Source: Planctomycetes bacterium UBA4800 (GTDB lineage Bacteria > Planctomycetota > UBA8108 > UBA8890 > UBA8898). Taken from it: DNA of 38,599 nucleotides. Positions 25,428 through 32,925 of the stretch are shown here, piece by piece. The notes beneath the pieces are model-generated. The model was not told the DNA's origin. It did no database searches and saw only the letters and a list, made by a program, of their open reading frames with translations. The stretch spans positions 7,822 to 46,420 of the forward strand of contig DHGK01000125.1 in the NCBI GenBank assembly GCA_002402755.1, given 5' to 3'. The translations under genes and the position numbers were made by a program. Position 1 is the first letter of the stretch; the number at the start of each line of letters is the position of its first letter.

Positions 25428-26793
25428 ACGGTCCGCACTCGTAGGTGCTGACCGCGCAGGACAGCGCATCGGCCGTCGGGTCGGCGCCGCAGTCGATCGA
25501 GGGCGCCGGCAGGGGCGGGCCGGCGGGGATGAACAGCAAGCCGAGCAGCCGTATGCCGTCCGCGATGTTGACCTTGCCGTCGTCGTTGGTGTCGGCCGCC
25601 TTGAGGCAGCCGGGCTCCCTGGCGCCGGCGAACAGGAATCCGAGCAGGGCGATCGCGTCGCCGATGTTGCGGCGGTCATCCTCGTTGACGTAGCCGCGCC
25701 GGAACGGCGCGTCGTCTCCGACAACGATGATCGCGCCGTGCTCGAGGCGCGGGGCGATGCTCACGACGTCCAGGACGCGGCCGTCGTCATCGCGAAGCGC
25801 CGTGAGCACCTTGTTGTCGATCGGAGGCTGGCCGAGCCCGTCCGTGAACATCACGGGGATGCGCGCGCCGGCCTGCGCGCCGCCGGCGACGAGGAAATGC
25901 GCGGCCAGAATACGCTGCGCCGTGCCGGCGGGAAGCACGTGATCCTGGTAGGGGAAGATGTAGTCGAAGACCATGCCGCAGCCCGCCCAGCCGCGGCCGG
26001 GCAGAAGCTCGTTCTCGACGTGCAGCACGAACTGCTCGACGACCTGCGGGGCGAGCAGCGCCTCGATCGGGAGGCCGCAGTAGTTGATGGAGCGGACGCA
26101 CGGGTTCTCCGAGTACGGCGCATCCTCGCGCAGGCGCAGGACGTCGTTCTCGAACGCGAGCGCCATCTGGATCCCCGCGAGCGGTTGCGCGTGATCGACC
26201 TCGACGAGCATGCGGGCCGCGTCGCCCGGCCGCGCGTAGACGGTGCTCAGGCGCACGACGTTGTGATTGCGCACATCGACCACGCCGGCCGTCAGCGCCG
26301 GCAGCACGCTGTAGCCGCCGTTCACGGCGAACGTGTTGCTGACCGGGGGATCGCCCATGTTGTTGCGCGGGAGAATCGTGTACGGCGCCGGCTGCATCGC
26401 CTCGGTGCTGCCGAAGACGATCCACCCGATGCAGCGCTCTTCCCCGTTCGGCGCCGGCGGGAATCCCGAGGATGTCGAGGGAGCGTCCCACATGAACAAG
26501 ACGGCGATCACGGCGTGGTCCTCGGCGGGGACATCGACCACGCGGACGTACTCGACGGCGCTCGCGGGAACGTACTGCTCGTTGACGGCGAAACGGAGCA
26601 CGCGGAGGTGCCTGCCCTCGTACGAGAACGCGAGGGACAGGCCGTGGATGGTCTCGGCGTTGTGCACCCAGACGGGGAGGGCGGCTTCATCGCCGGGATC
26701 GATGGCGACCGAGCCGAAGCGCAGCGTGTCTTCCGCGCACAGCGGGGCGGACCACAGGACCGCGCCGAGGACAACGAGCATCTCTCGCATCAT
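25426..26793 (-). CDS. Secreted protein with two cohesin-like beta-sandwich modules and a C-terminal dockerin-like double EF-hand module
   Basis: Signal peptide MMREMLVVLGAVLWSAPLCAED. Cohesin-like pattern LRFGSVAIDPGDEAALPVWVHNAETIHGLSLAFSYEGRHLRV, and a second copy VYARPGDAARMLVEVDHAQPLAGIQMALAFENDVLRL. Dockerin-like repeats YVNEDDRRNIGDAIALLGFLF and DTNDDGKVNIADGIRLLGLLF. The cohesin assignment comes from motif pattern only. Confidence 0.6.
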   Translation of the reverse strand: MMREMLVVLGAVLWSAPLCAEDTLRFGSVAIDPGDEAALPVWVHNAETIHGLSLAFSYEGRHLRVLRFAVNEQYVPASAVEYVRVVDVPAEDHAVIAVLFMWDAPSTSSGFPPAPNGEERCIGWIVFGSTEAMQPAPYTILPRNNMGDPPVSNTFAVNGGYSVLPALTAGVVDVRNHNVVRLSTVYARPGDAARMLVEVDHAQPLAGIQMALAFENDVLRLREDAPYSENPCVRSINYCGLPIEALLAPQVVEQFVLHVENELLPGRGWAGCGMVFDYIFPYQDHVLPAGTAQRILAAHFLVAGGAQAGARIPVMFTDGLGQPPIDNKVLTALRDDDGRVLDVVSIAPRLEHGAIIVVGDDAPFRRGYVNEDDRRNIGDAIALLGFLFAGAREPGCLKAADTNDDGKVNIADGIRLLGLLFIPAGPPLPAPSIDCGADPTADALSCAVSTYECGP

Positions 26794-26873
26794 GCCTGTT
26801 CCCCATCACTCATGCACACACGACCGGCCTGCGCGCGCCGCGCCCGGCACGATGGGCTGCGGCAGATCCGCGC

Positions 26874-28961
26874 TCAGCACGACAGCTCATCGGCGAGCGT
26901 CGGATCCGTGCCGGGCGCCGGAAACGGCGCCGGCGGAGGCGGTCCGCTGCCGAAAAGATAGAAGAGCAGATACACCGGATCGGATATGTCGATCCTCCCG
27001 TCGTCGTTCACATCCGCGGCGTCCAGGCAGGTGATGTCGGGACCCTTCTCGAAGAGGTACATGAGGATGAAGACGACGTCGGCGACATTGACGGATGCAT
27101 CGCCGTCGGTGTTGCCGCGCACGAAGGGCCTCCCGGTCGGGAATGCGAGGATGCGGAAGATCGCGTTGTTGGCGGGGCTCGCCGCGTACACGATGTGCTC
27201 GCGGTAGGCGAAATCCTTGATCTGGTCGGCCTGCCGGTAGCCGGCGGGAACGTACGCCTGGAGGTCGAAGGTGGTGACGTTGCAGAGGGCGTCGACCTCG
27301 CGGATCGCCGCGCCGGCCACGCCGAAGTGGAAGTGTCCGCTCTGGGGGCAGCGATCGAGCCCGCGCGCGGGCGTCGCCTGGTACAGCCCCGACGGGGTGC
27401 ACAGGCGGCGGACGAGCGTGTTGTCGGGTCCGGGGGGGAAGCCGTAGCGGTCCACCCAGACGATCCGATGGAGGTTGTCATCCAGCACGCCCAGGAAGTA
27501 GTCGCCGTTGGCCGGGTCGAAGGCCAGCGATCCGACCTTGGGCGATGGATCATCCGCGCCGCCTGCCGGGAGCTGCAGCGGCACGGCTCCGCCCACGGCC
27601 GTTCCGTTCCGGCGCAGCTTCTGCACGACGTTCGTCGCGTCGTTGCCGAGCATGAGAAGGGTCTCGGGCGGATCGACGATCGGCGCGTTCGGCCAGAAGG
27701 TCAGCCCGTACGGCGCGCCCGATTGCAGGGTCACATCGAAGTACCCGACCGGCGCGAGATCGGGGGTGAAATGCCGCACGCGGTAGAGCTTCGTGTCGAC
27801 CGCCTTGGCGTCGGTCACCCAGATGTCGCCCGTCTCGGGATCGACGGCGATGCCGGAGACGGTCCCGCCGGCGAACGGAATCCAGCTCAGCACGGCGCCG
27901 CGACGGTTGCGCAGCGTGCGGCTCCGGTCCAGGCCGCGCACGAGCCCCTGCTTGGGGCGCACGGTGTACGTGAGCACCCCGGCAGGCGCATCGATGTCGG
28001 TGTACGTGACGGCGTTGCCGCCGAGCTGCGCGATGGCGGTGCCGTTCCTCAGGATGGACAGCTCCGTGTACGCGCCGAGGAGCCCGCTGCCGTTGTTCCG
28101 CCACGCCAGCACGACGGCGCCGTTCTCCTGGGGCCTGCAGGCGAGCTCGGAGACCGGCAGGAACGAGGGCCAGACGCCGCTCAGCTTCGCGAGCGCCGTC
28201 TCGTTCGTGCGCGAGAGCAGGACGAGGATCGTATCGGCGGCGACCGCGATGCCGCGGATCACGCCGTCGCCCGCGGCGCCGATCGGGATCTCGAACGGAT
28301 ACTGCGCGCCGTCCACGGAGTTGAGGATCACGACCGTGTCGGCGCGGCCTGCGAAGATGTCTCCCCAGGGAACGTACAGGAGTTGACCCTCGGCGCGCGA
28401 CGCGTAGGCGAGGCCCGTCCCGTGGAGATAGGTCTCCGCGGGCACGTCGCCCGGGAACGGAGCGGTCTTGAGCAGCGCGCCGCTCGATGGATCGAAGCCG
28501 AGCACTCGGTCGTTCTCCGAGTCGACCGACCAGAGCACGTTGCCCGAGGCATCGAACGCGAGGCCGGCGAGCGCGGCGCCCGCGGGCGCCTGGAGCAGGA
28601 CGAACGCGCCGATCCCGTCGCCGCTGGCCGGATTGACGCGCACGATCTCGAACGTGCTGCCGTTGAGCACGATGAGATTCGATTGCGCGCCATCGTACGC
28701 GATGCCGCGGCACGCCGGCTTGAACGGAGGCAGCGGCGCAGCCGCGCCGAACGGGTGCGGAATCGTCCCCGAGAGCACGAGCGCCGCGGACAGGCGGTGG
28801 ATCAGGCCGTCCGCCTCGCCGAGCGCCCAGACGGTGCCGTCGGGTGCGAACGCGATGTCGCTCCACCGCTGGTCCGGGAAGGACGCCGTTCCGAGCAGAT
28901 CGCCCGCGGCGCCCGATGCAATCGAGGCGCCGACTACGAGACACAGCAAGGCTTGCTTCAC
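26874..28961 (-). CDS. Secreted beta-propeller (NHL/YVTN-like repeats) + FN3-like + dockerin-like module protein
   Basis: GTG start at 28961 with AGGAG 8 nt upstream. Signal peptide VKQALLCLVVGASIASGAAG. Repeated blade-like units: DIAFAPDGTVWAL, GIAYDGAQSNLIVLN, GLAFDASGNVLWSVDSENDRVLGFD, GIAVDPETGDIWVTD and SLAFDPANGDYFLGVLD. FN3-like AVVLAWRNNG...YTELSILRNGTAIAQLGGNAVTYTDIDAPAGVLTYTVRP. Dockerin-like GNTDGDASVNVADVVFILMYLF and DVNDDGRIDISDPVYLLFYLF. Only the 3' 695 codons of track ORF 26874..31259 are coding. Confidence 0.75.
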   Translation of the reverse strand: MKQALLCLVVGASIASGAAGDLLGTASFPDQRWSDIAFAPDGTVWALGEADGLIHRLSAALVLSGTIPHPFGAAAPLPPFKPACRGIAYDGAQSNLIVLNGSTFEIVRVNPASGDGIGAFVLLQAPAGAALAGLAFDASGNVLWSVDSENDRVLGFDPSSGALLKTAPFPGDVPAETYLHGTGLAYASRAEGQLLYVPWGDIFAGRADTVVILNSVDGAQYPFEIPIGAAGDGVIRGIAVAADTILVLLSRTNETALAKLSGVWPSFLPVSELACRPQENGAVVLAWRNNGSGLLGAYTELSILRNGTAIAQLGGNAVTYTDIDAPAGVLTYTVRPKQGLVRGLDRSRTLRNRRGAVLSWIPFAGGTVSGIAVDPETGDIWVTDAKAVDTKLYRVRHFTPDLAPVGYFDVTLQSGAPYGLTFWPNAPIVDPPETLLMLGNDATNVVQKLRRNGTAVGGAVPLQLPAGGADDPSPKVGSLAFDPANGDYFLGVLDDNLHRIVWVDRYGFPPGPDNTLVRRLCTPSGLYQATPARGLDRCPQSGHFHFGVAGAAIREVDALCNVTTFDLQAYVPAGYRQADQIKDFAYREHIVYAASPANNAIFRILAFPTGRPFVRGNTDGDASVNVADVVFILMYLFEKGPDITCLDAADVNDDGRIDISDPVYLLFYLFGSGPPPPAPFPAPGTDPTLADELSC

Positions 28962-29075
28962 GGTGTGCGCTCCTGTGCGGTACACACTCTTCAAGTGCAG
29001 GTGTCCATCGCTGCCTGCCGCCGTGCGAGCAGGGGAATCGCGACTGTACAACAGACCCGTGGGCGGCAAGCGTCC

Positions 29076-29104
29076 ATTATAAAGGCGCCGGCCGGGACTG
29101 ACAA
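29076..29104 (-). promoter_or_regulatory. Sigma70-type promoter on minus strand (TTGTCA-17 nt-TATAAT) for the dockerin-module gene pair
   Basis: The minus strand reads TTGTCA (29104-29099), a 17-nt spacer, then TATAAT (29081-29076). It lies about 115 nt upstream of the GTG at 28961. Confidence 0.65.
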
Positions 29105-29289
29105 CGTTCCGCATCGGCGCGCCGGTGCGTCGCTGATCTAAGGCCAAGACGCGCGGAGGGTTAGCGGGGGCGGCCGCGGCGGTCTCGGGTGCGCGGCGCG
29201 CGCGCCCCGCAGTGCGGTCCGCCGCGACGGCGCGACGGCGGGAAGATGACAGGATATCAAGGAAGATCGGGGCGTCGATGCGCGGCCCC

Positions 29290-29346
29290 GTGCGACACCG
29301 CTCGCGGCGCGACGGCGCGCATCCGGCGCGCGGCGAGCGGTGTCGC
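29290..29346. repeat. Long perfect inverted repeat (15-bp arms, 27-nt GC-rich spacer)
   Basis: tgcgacaccgctcgc (29290-29304) is the exact reverse complement of gcgagcggtgtcgca (29332-29346). The spacer itself contains a gcgcgc...gcgcgc palindrome. It sits in the divergent intergenic region between the dockerin operon and the DUF2203-like gene. Confidence 0.85.
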
Positions 29347-29396
29347 ATGCCGCCGCGGGACAGCCGGTAGAAAACGGGCGGCGGGCTGAAAAAGGC

Positions 29397-29425
29397 TTTG
29401 CTTTTTTGCCCCGGTCCCTCTACGA
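29397..29425 (+). promoter_or_regulatory. Candidate promoter for DUF2203-like gene (TTGCTT-17 nt-TACGAT)
   Basis: TTGCTT at 29397-29402, a 17-nt spacer, then TACGAT at 29420-29425. It lies 35 nt upstream of the ATG at 29460. The match to consensus is only moderate. Confidence 0.4.
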
Positions 29426-29459
29426 TGGCACGTAGTGCCCGTGAGCATCGAGGTTCCGC

Positions 29460-29963
29460 ATGAAAAAAAGGCACCGCCTGGAGATTCTCTCCTCCGTCGA
29501 GGTCAACAATCGGCTGCCGTTGGTGAAACGCATCGTGCGCGACATACGCACGGTCCATCGCGAGCGCAAGCGCAACGAGAAACGGTTCGCATACTTCAGG
29601 AACTGCTTCCGGAAAGTCGTGTCCCGCGAGGTCGAGGAGACCGTCGAGAAGATACGGATGGAACTCGGCGCCATGGACAGCGATCTGGACGAGCTCAGGC
29701 GCGAGATCTCCTCTCTGGGGGGCATCCTGAAGGATTCGGAGCGCGGATGGGTCGATTTCTTCTCGGAGAAGGACAACCGCCTCGTGTTCCTGTGCTGGCG
29801 TCCCGGCGACAAGGAAGTCCTGTACTGGCACGAGATCGACAAGGACCACAACGACGAGGACATGGCCCGCTACCCCCTCCAGCACGATCATTGCCGCGGC
29901 GAGCACGGCGCGGGCGAGCACGAGCCCCGCAGCGAGCACCACAGCACGCCGGAGAACGTGTAG
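29460..29963 (+). CDS. DUF2203-family protein with His-rich C-terminal tail
   Basis: The N-terminal helical part and the segment GGILKDSERGWVDFFSEKDNRLVFLCWRPGDKEVLYWHE resemble the DUF2203 consensus as I recall it (G..lKd...GLvDFp...g.ev.LCW..GE..i..WH). The tail reads HNDEDMARYPLQHDHCRGEHGAGEHEPRSEHH. The region is visibly less GC-rich than its neighbours. Confidence 0.6.
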   Translation: MKKRHRLEILSSVEVNNRLPLVKRIVRDIRTVHRERKRNEKRFAYFRNCFRKVVSREVEETVEKIRMELGAMDSDLDELRREISSLGGILKDSERGWVDFFSEKDNRLVFLCWRPGDKEVLYWHEIDKDHNDEDMARYPLQHDHCRGEHGAGEHEPRSEHHSTPENV

Positions 29964-30107
29964 CGAGTTCAGCGCGCCGCGCGCGCTTCCGGCCTCGGCA
30001 CCCTTCCGTCCCATGGCGTCGAATCCCCCGCCTGAGGTACAATCGCCGCGCCGCCGCCGCGGGCGGCGGCATGGTCGCGGGCCGGGCCCGCGGTGGGAGA
30101 CGCCGCA

Positions 30108-31034
30108 ATGACGCACAAACTCGTCATCCTCGGCAGCGGGCCCGCGGGCCTCACGGCCGCGCTGTACGCGGCCCGCGCCGACCTGGCGCCCGTGGTGATC
30201 TCGGGCATGATGGCCGGCGGCCAGCTCACGCGCACGAGCGAGGTCGAGAACTTCCCCGGCTTTCCCGACGGCATTCTCGGGGGCGAGCTGATGGAGAAGT
30301 TCCGCGCCCAGGCCGCGCGCTTCGGCGCCGTGTTCATCGACGGCAAGGACGTGACTTCGGTCGACGTGCGCGCGCGGCCGTTCGCGGTCGTGCTGGATGA
30401 CGAGCGCATCGAGGCCGGCGCGCTCATCATTGCCACCGGGGCATCCCCGCGCATGCTGGGCCTGCCGAACGAGGAGCGCCTCTTCGCCCGGGGCGTGAGC
30501 ACGTGCGCCACCTGCGATGGCGCCTTCTTCCGCGGCAAGAACCTCGTCGTCGTGGGCGGCGGCGATTCCGCGGCGGAGGATGCGGTATTCCTCACGCGGT
30601 TCGCAACGGCGGTCACGCTGGTGCACCGGCGGGGCGAGCTGCGGGCGAGCAAGATCATGCAGCACAAGGTGCTCTCGCACCCCAAGATCACCGTCCAGTG
30701 GCACACCGTGATCGCGGATATTCTCGGCGCCGATGCCGGCAGGGTGACGGGGGTGCGCATGAAGGATGTACGCACGAACAGGGAGTGGGACGCGCCCTGC
30801 GACGGCGTCTTCGTCGCCGTCGGGCACACGCCGAACACGGCGCTCTTTGAGGGCCGGCTCGAACTGGACCAGGGCGGCTACATCGTCACGCGCGGCGGGA
30901 CGGCCACGAGCGTCGAGGGCGTCTTCGCGTGCGGCGATGTCCAGGATCACGTGTACCGGCAGGCCGTCACGGCGGCGGGCTCGGGCTGCATGGCGGCCAT
31001 CGATGCCTCCCGGTACATCGAGCAGCACGAGTAG
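30108..31034 (+). CDS. trxB: Thioredoxin-disulfide reductase
   Basis: [19 protein letters not shown] (FAD site), redox-active [25 protein letters not shown] (NADPH site) and FACGDVQD...[15 protein letters not shown] prefer the ATG at 30108; the GTG at 30093 is an alternative. Confidence 0.95.
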   Translation: MTHKLVILGSGPAGLTAALYAARADLAPVVISGMMAGGQLTRTSEVENFPGFPDGILGGELMEKFRAQAARFGAVFIDGKDVTSVDVRARPFAVVLDDERIEAGALIIATGASPRMLGLPNEERLFARGVSTCATCDGAFFRGKNLVVVGGGDSAAEDAVFLTRFATAVTLVHRRGELRASKIMQHKVLSHPKITVQWHTVIADILGADAGRVTGVRMKDVRTNREWDAPCDGVFVAVGHTPNTALFEGRLELDQGGYIVTRGGTATSVEGVFACGDVQDHVYRQAVTAAGSGCMAAIDASRYIEQHE

Positions 31035-31041
31035 GGGGCGC

Positions 31042-31392
31042 ATGCGCGTCAGCAGGGAGTTCACGTTCTCGGGCGCGCATCGGCTTCCGGAGTACCGGGG
31101 CAAGTGCGAGCGCCTGCACGGGCACACGTGGCGCCTGCGGGTCACGGTGCGTGCGCCCGTCCAGCCGCACGGCATCGCGTTCGACTTTGCGGAGCTGGAC
31201 CGCGTGGTCGGCGAGCGCGTCCTGTCGGCGCTCGACCACTCGGACCTGAACGCGCTCATGCCCGATCCCTCCGCGGAGCGGATCGCCCAGTGGGTGTGGC
31301 GCGCGCTCGCCGGTCTTCCGCTGGAGGAGGTGCGGGTGTGGGAGAGCGAGCGGTGCTTCGTCGCGTACCGGGGCGAGGGCGACGATGCGTGA
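31042..31392 (+). CDS. queD: 6-carboxy-5,6,7,8-tetrahydropterin synthase (PTPS family)
   Basis: FTFSGAHRLP..., the QueD signature CxxxHGH in KCERLHGHTW, FDFAELDRVV and LDHSDLN. The protein is 116 aa. Confidence 0.88.
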   Translation: MRVSREFTFSGAHRLPEYRGKCERLHGHTWRLRVTVRAPVQPHGIAFDFAELDRVVGERVLSALDHSDLNALMPDPSAERIAQWVWRALAGLPLEEVRVWESERCFVAYRGEGDDA

Positions 31393-31993
31393 GGAGGAGC
31401 TCAAGTACCGGGTGCCCGATCTGCGCGCACTCGATGCGGTCGCCGCGCTTCTGGGCGAGCCGGCGCGCATCGAGCGCCAGCGCAACCGCTACTACGACAC
31501 CCCGGAGCTGGCGCTGAACGCACGGGGCGTGCTCGTGCGTCTTCGGGTCATGGAGGGCGCGGGGCGGGCGGTGCTGGCGATCAAGATCGCGGAGCGCATC
31601 GAGGCGGGGCTGATCGTCGCGGACGAGGAGGAGCGCGAGCTGACGGGCGCCGAGACCGCGGCGCTCCGCGCCGATCCGGGCGCATTCCTCGCGGCGTTGC
31701 CCATGGCCCTCGCGCGCACGGCGCTGGCCGGGGTCGCGACCGCGCGCCTCGCCTGCGCGGGCGAGCTCGTCACGCGCCGGCGCTGCTACGCGGTCCCCGC
31801 GGGGCTCCTGGCGCTCGATGCGGTGTCCCTGCCCGGCGGCGGCGAGTTCGAGATCGAACTGGAGACGGCGGACGCCGCCGCGGGCCGGGTGTTCCTGGAG
31901 GACCTGTGCGCGCGGGCGGGCGTCGAGGCGTGGAAGGAGGCGGAACCCAAGAGCGCGCGCCTCTTCCGGCGGCGGGCGCGTTCGGTAGAATAG
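31385..31993 (+). CDS. CYTH-domain protein (triphosphate tunnel metalloenzyme family)
   Basis: N-terminal EEELKYRV matches the ExExK CYTH signature. Then ERQRNRYYDTP...VLVRLRV, LAIKI and EFEIELE beta-strand motifs. The ATG at 31385 overlaps the queD 3' end by 8 nt (ATGCGTGA). Confidence 0.75.
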   Translation: MREEELKYRVPDLRALDAVAALLGEPARIERQRNRYYDTPELALNARGVLVRLRVMEGAGRAVLAIKIAERIEAGLIVADEEERELTGAETAALRADPGAFLAALPMALARTALAGVATARLACAGELVTRRRCYAVPAGLLALDAVSLPGGGEFEIELETADAAAGRVFLEDLCARAGVEAWKEAEPKSARLFRRRARSVE

Positions 31994-32027
31994 ATGCTCC
32001 CATCGCGGCACGAAGAGAGGTGCGCAC

Positions 32028-32897
32028 ATGCTTGTTCGCGCGGCGCTTCCGAAGGGAAGCCTGGAAAAACCGACGTTCGCGCTGCTGGCGCAGGCCGGCT
32101 ACAACCTCACGATCGGCTCGCGGTCGTACGTCCCGGCCGTCGATGACGAGGAGCTGCACGTGCGTCTCGTGCGGGCGCAGGAGATCCCGCGCTACGTCGC
32201 GCAGGGCGTCTTCGACATCGGCATCACGGGCCACGACTGGGTTCTGGAGACGAACGCCGATGTGGAGGAGGTGCTGGAGCTCGTCTACAGCAAGGCGAGC
32301 ATGAACCCCTGCAAGTGGGTGCTCGCGGTGCCCGAGGACTCGCCGATCCGCGCGCCGGAGGATCTCCGGGGGAAGCGCATCGCGACCGAGCTCGTCAACG
32401 TCACGAAAAGGTACCTGGCGGCGCGGCGCATCGAGGCGGAGGTGGAGTTCTCGTGGGGCGCGACCGAGGCGAAACCGCCCGACCTGGTCGACGCGATCGT
32501 CGACATCACCGAGACGGGCCGGTCGCTCGCCGCCAACAAGCTCAGGATCGTCGACGTGCTCCTGGAGACGACCACGCGCCTCATCGCCGGCAAGGAGAGC
32601 CTGAAGGATCCGTCGAAGCGCCGGAAGATCGAGAACTTCGCCATGCTGCTTGAGGGGGCCCTCGTCGCGCAGGGCATGGTGGGGATGAAGATGAACGTGA
32701 GCGCGGCGGATCTTCCCAAGGTGCTCGCAGTGCTTCCCGCGATGAAGGACCCCACGGTGAACCACCTGCGGGACAAGGACTGGTACGCGGTCGAGACGGT
32801 GCTCAAGGAGCGCCAGGTGCGCGATCTGGTGCCCGACCTGAAGCGCGCCGGGGCGCGCGACATCATCGAGTACCCGTTGAACAAGGTGATACTGTAG
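32028..32897 (+). CDS. hisG: ATP phosphoribosyltransferase, long form
   Basis: AALPKGSLEKPTFALL..AG, RAQEIPRYVAQGVFDIGITGHDW and DAIVDITETGRSLAANKLRIV. The C-terminal regulatory domain is present (289 aa). AGAGAGG SD lies 7 nt upstream. Confidence 0.92.
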   Translation: MLVRAALPKGSLEKPTFALLAQAGYNLTIGSRSYVPAVDDEELHVRLVRAQEIPRYVAQGVFDIGITGHDWVLETNADVEEVLELVYSKASMNPCKWVLAVPEDSPIRAPEDLRGKRIATELVNVTKRYLAARRIEAEVEFSWGATEAKPPDLVDAIVDITETGRSLAANKLRIVDVLLETTTRLIAGKESLKDPSKRRKIENFAMLLEGALVAQGMVGMKMNVSAADLPKVLAVLPAMKDPTVNHLRDKDWYAVETVLKERQVRDLVPDLKRAGARDIIEYPLNKVIL

Positions 32898-32925
32898 CCC
32901 GCGCGCGCGCGGGAAAGGTGCGCGG

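Noticed and set aside
30015-30043. TACAAT at 30038-30043 as a trxB promoter
   Set aside because: The -10-like hexamer is present, but no acceptable -35 lies at 16-18 nt and there is no extended -10 TG. I left it unannotated.
28962-31259. N-terminal 766 codons of the 1461-aa minus-strand ORF 26874..31259
   Set aside because: This part runs antisense through trxB, queD and the DUF2203-like gene, and through an intergenic region containing a consensus promoter. The real gene starts at the GTG at 28961, which has an AGGAG SD and a signal peptide directly after it.
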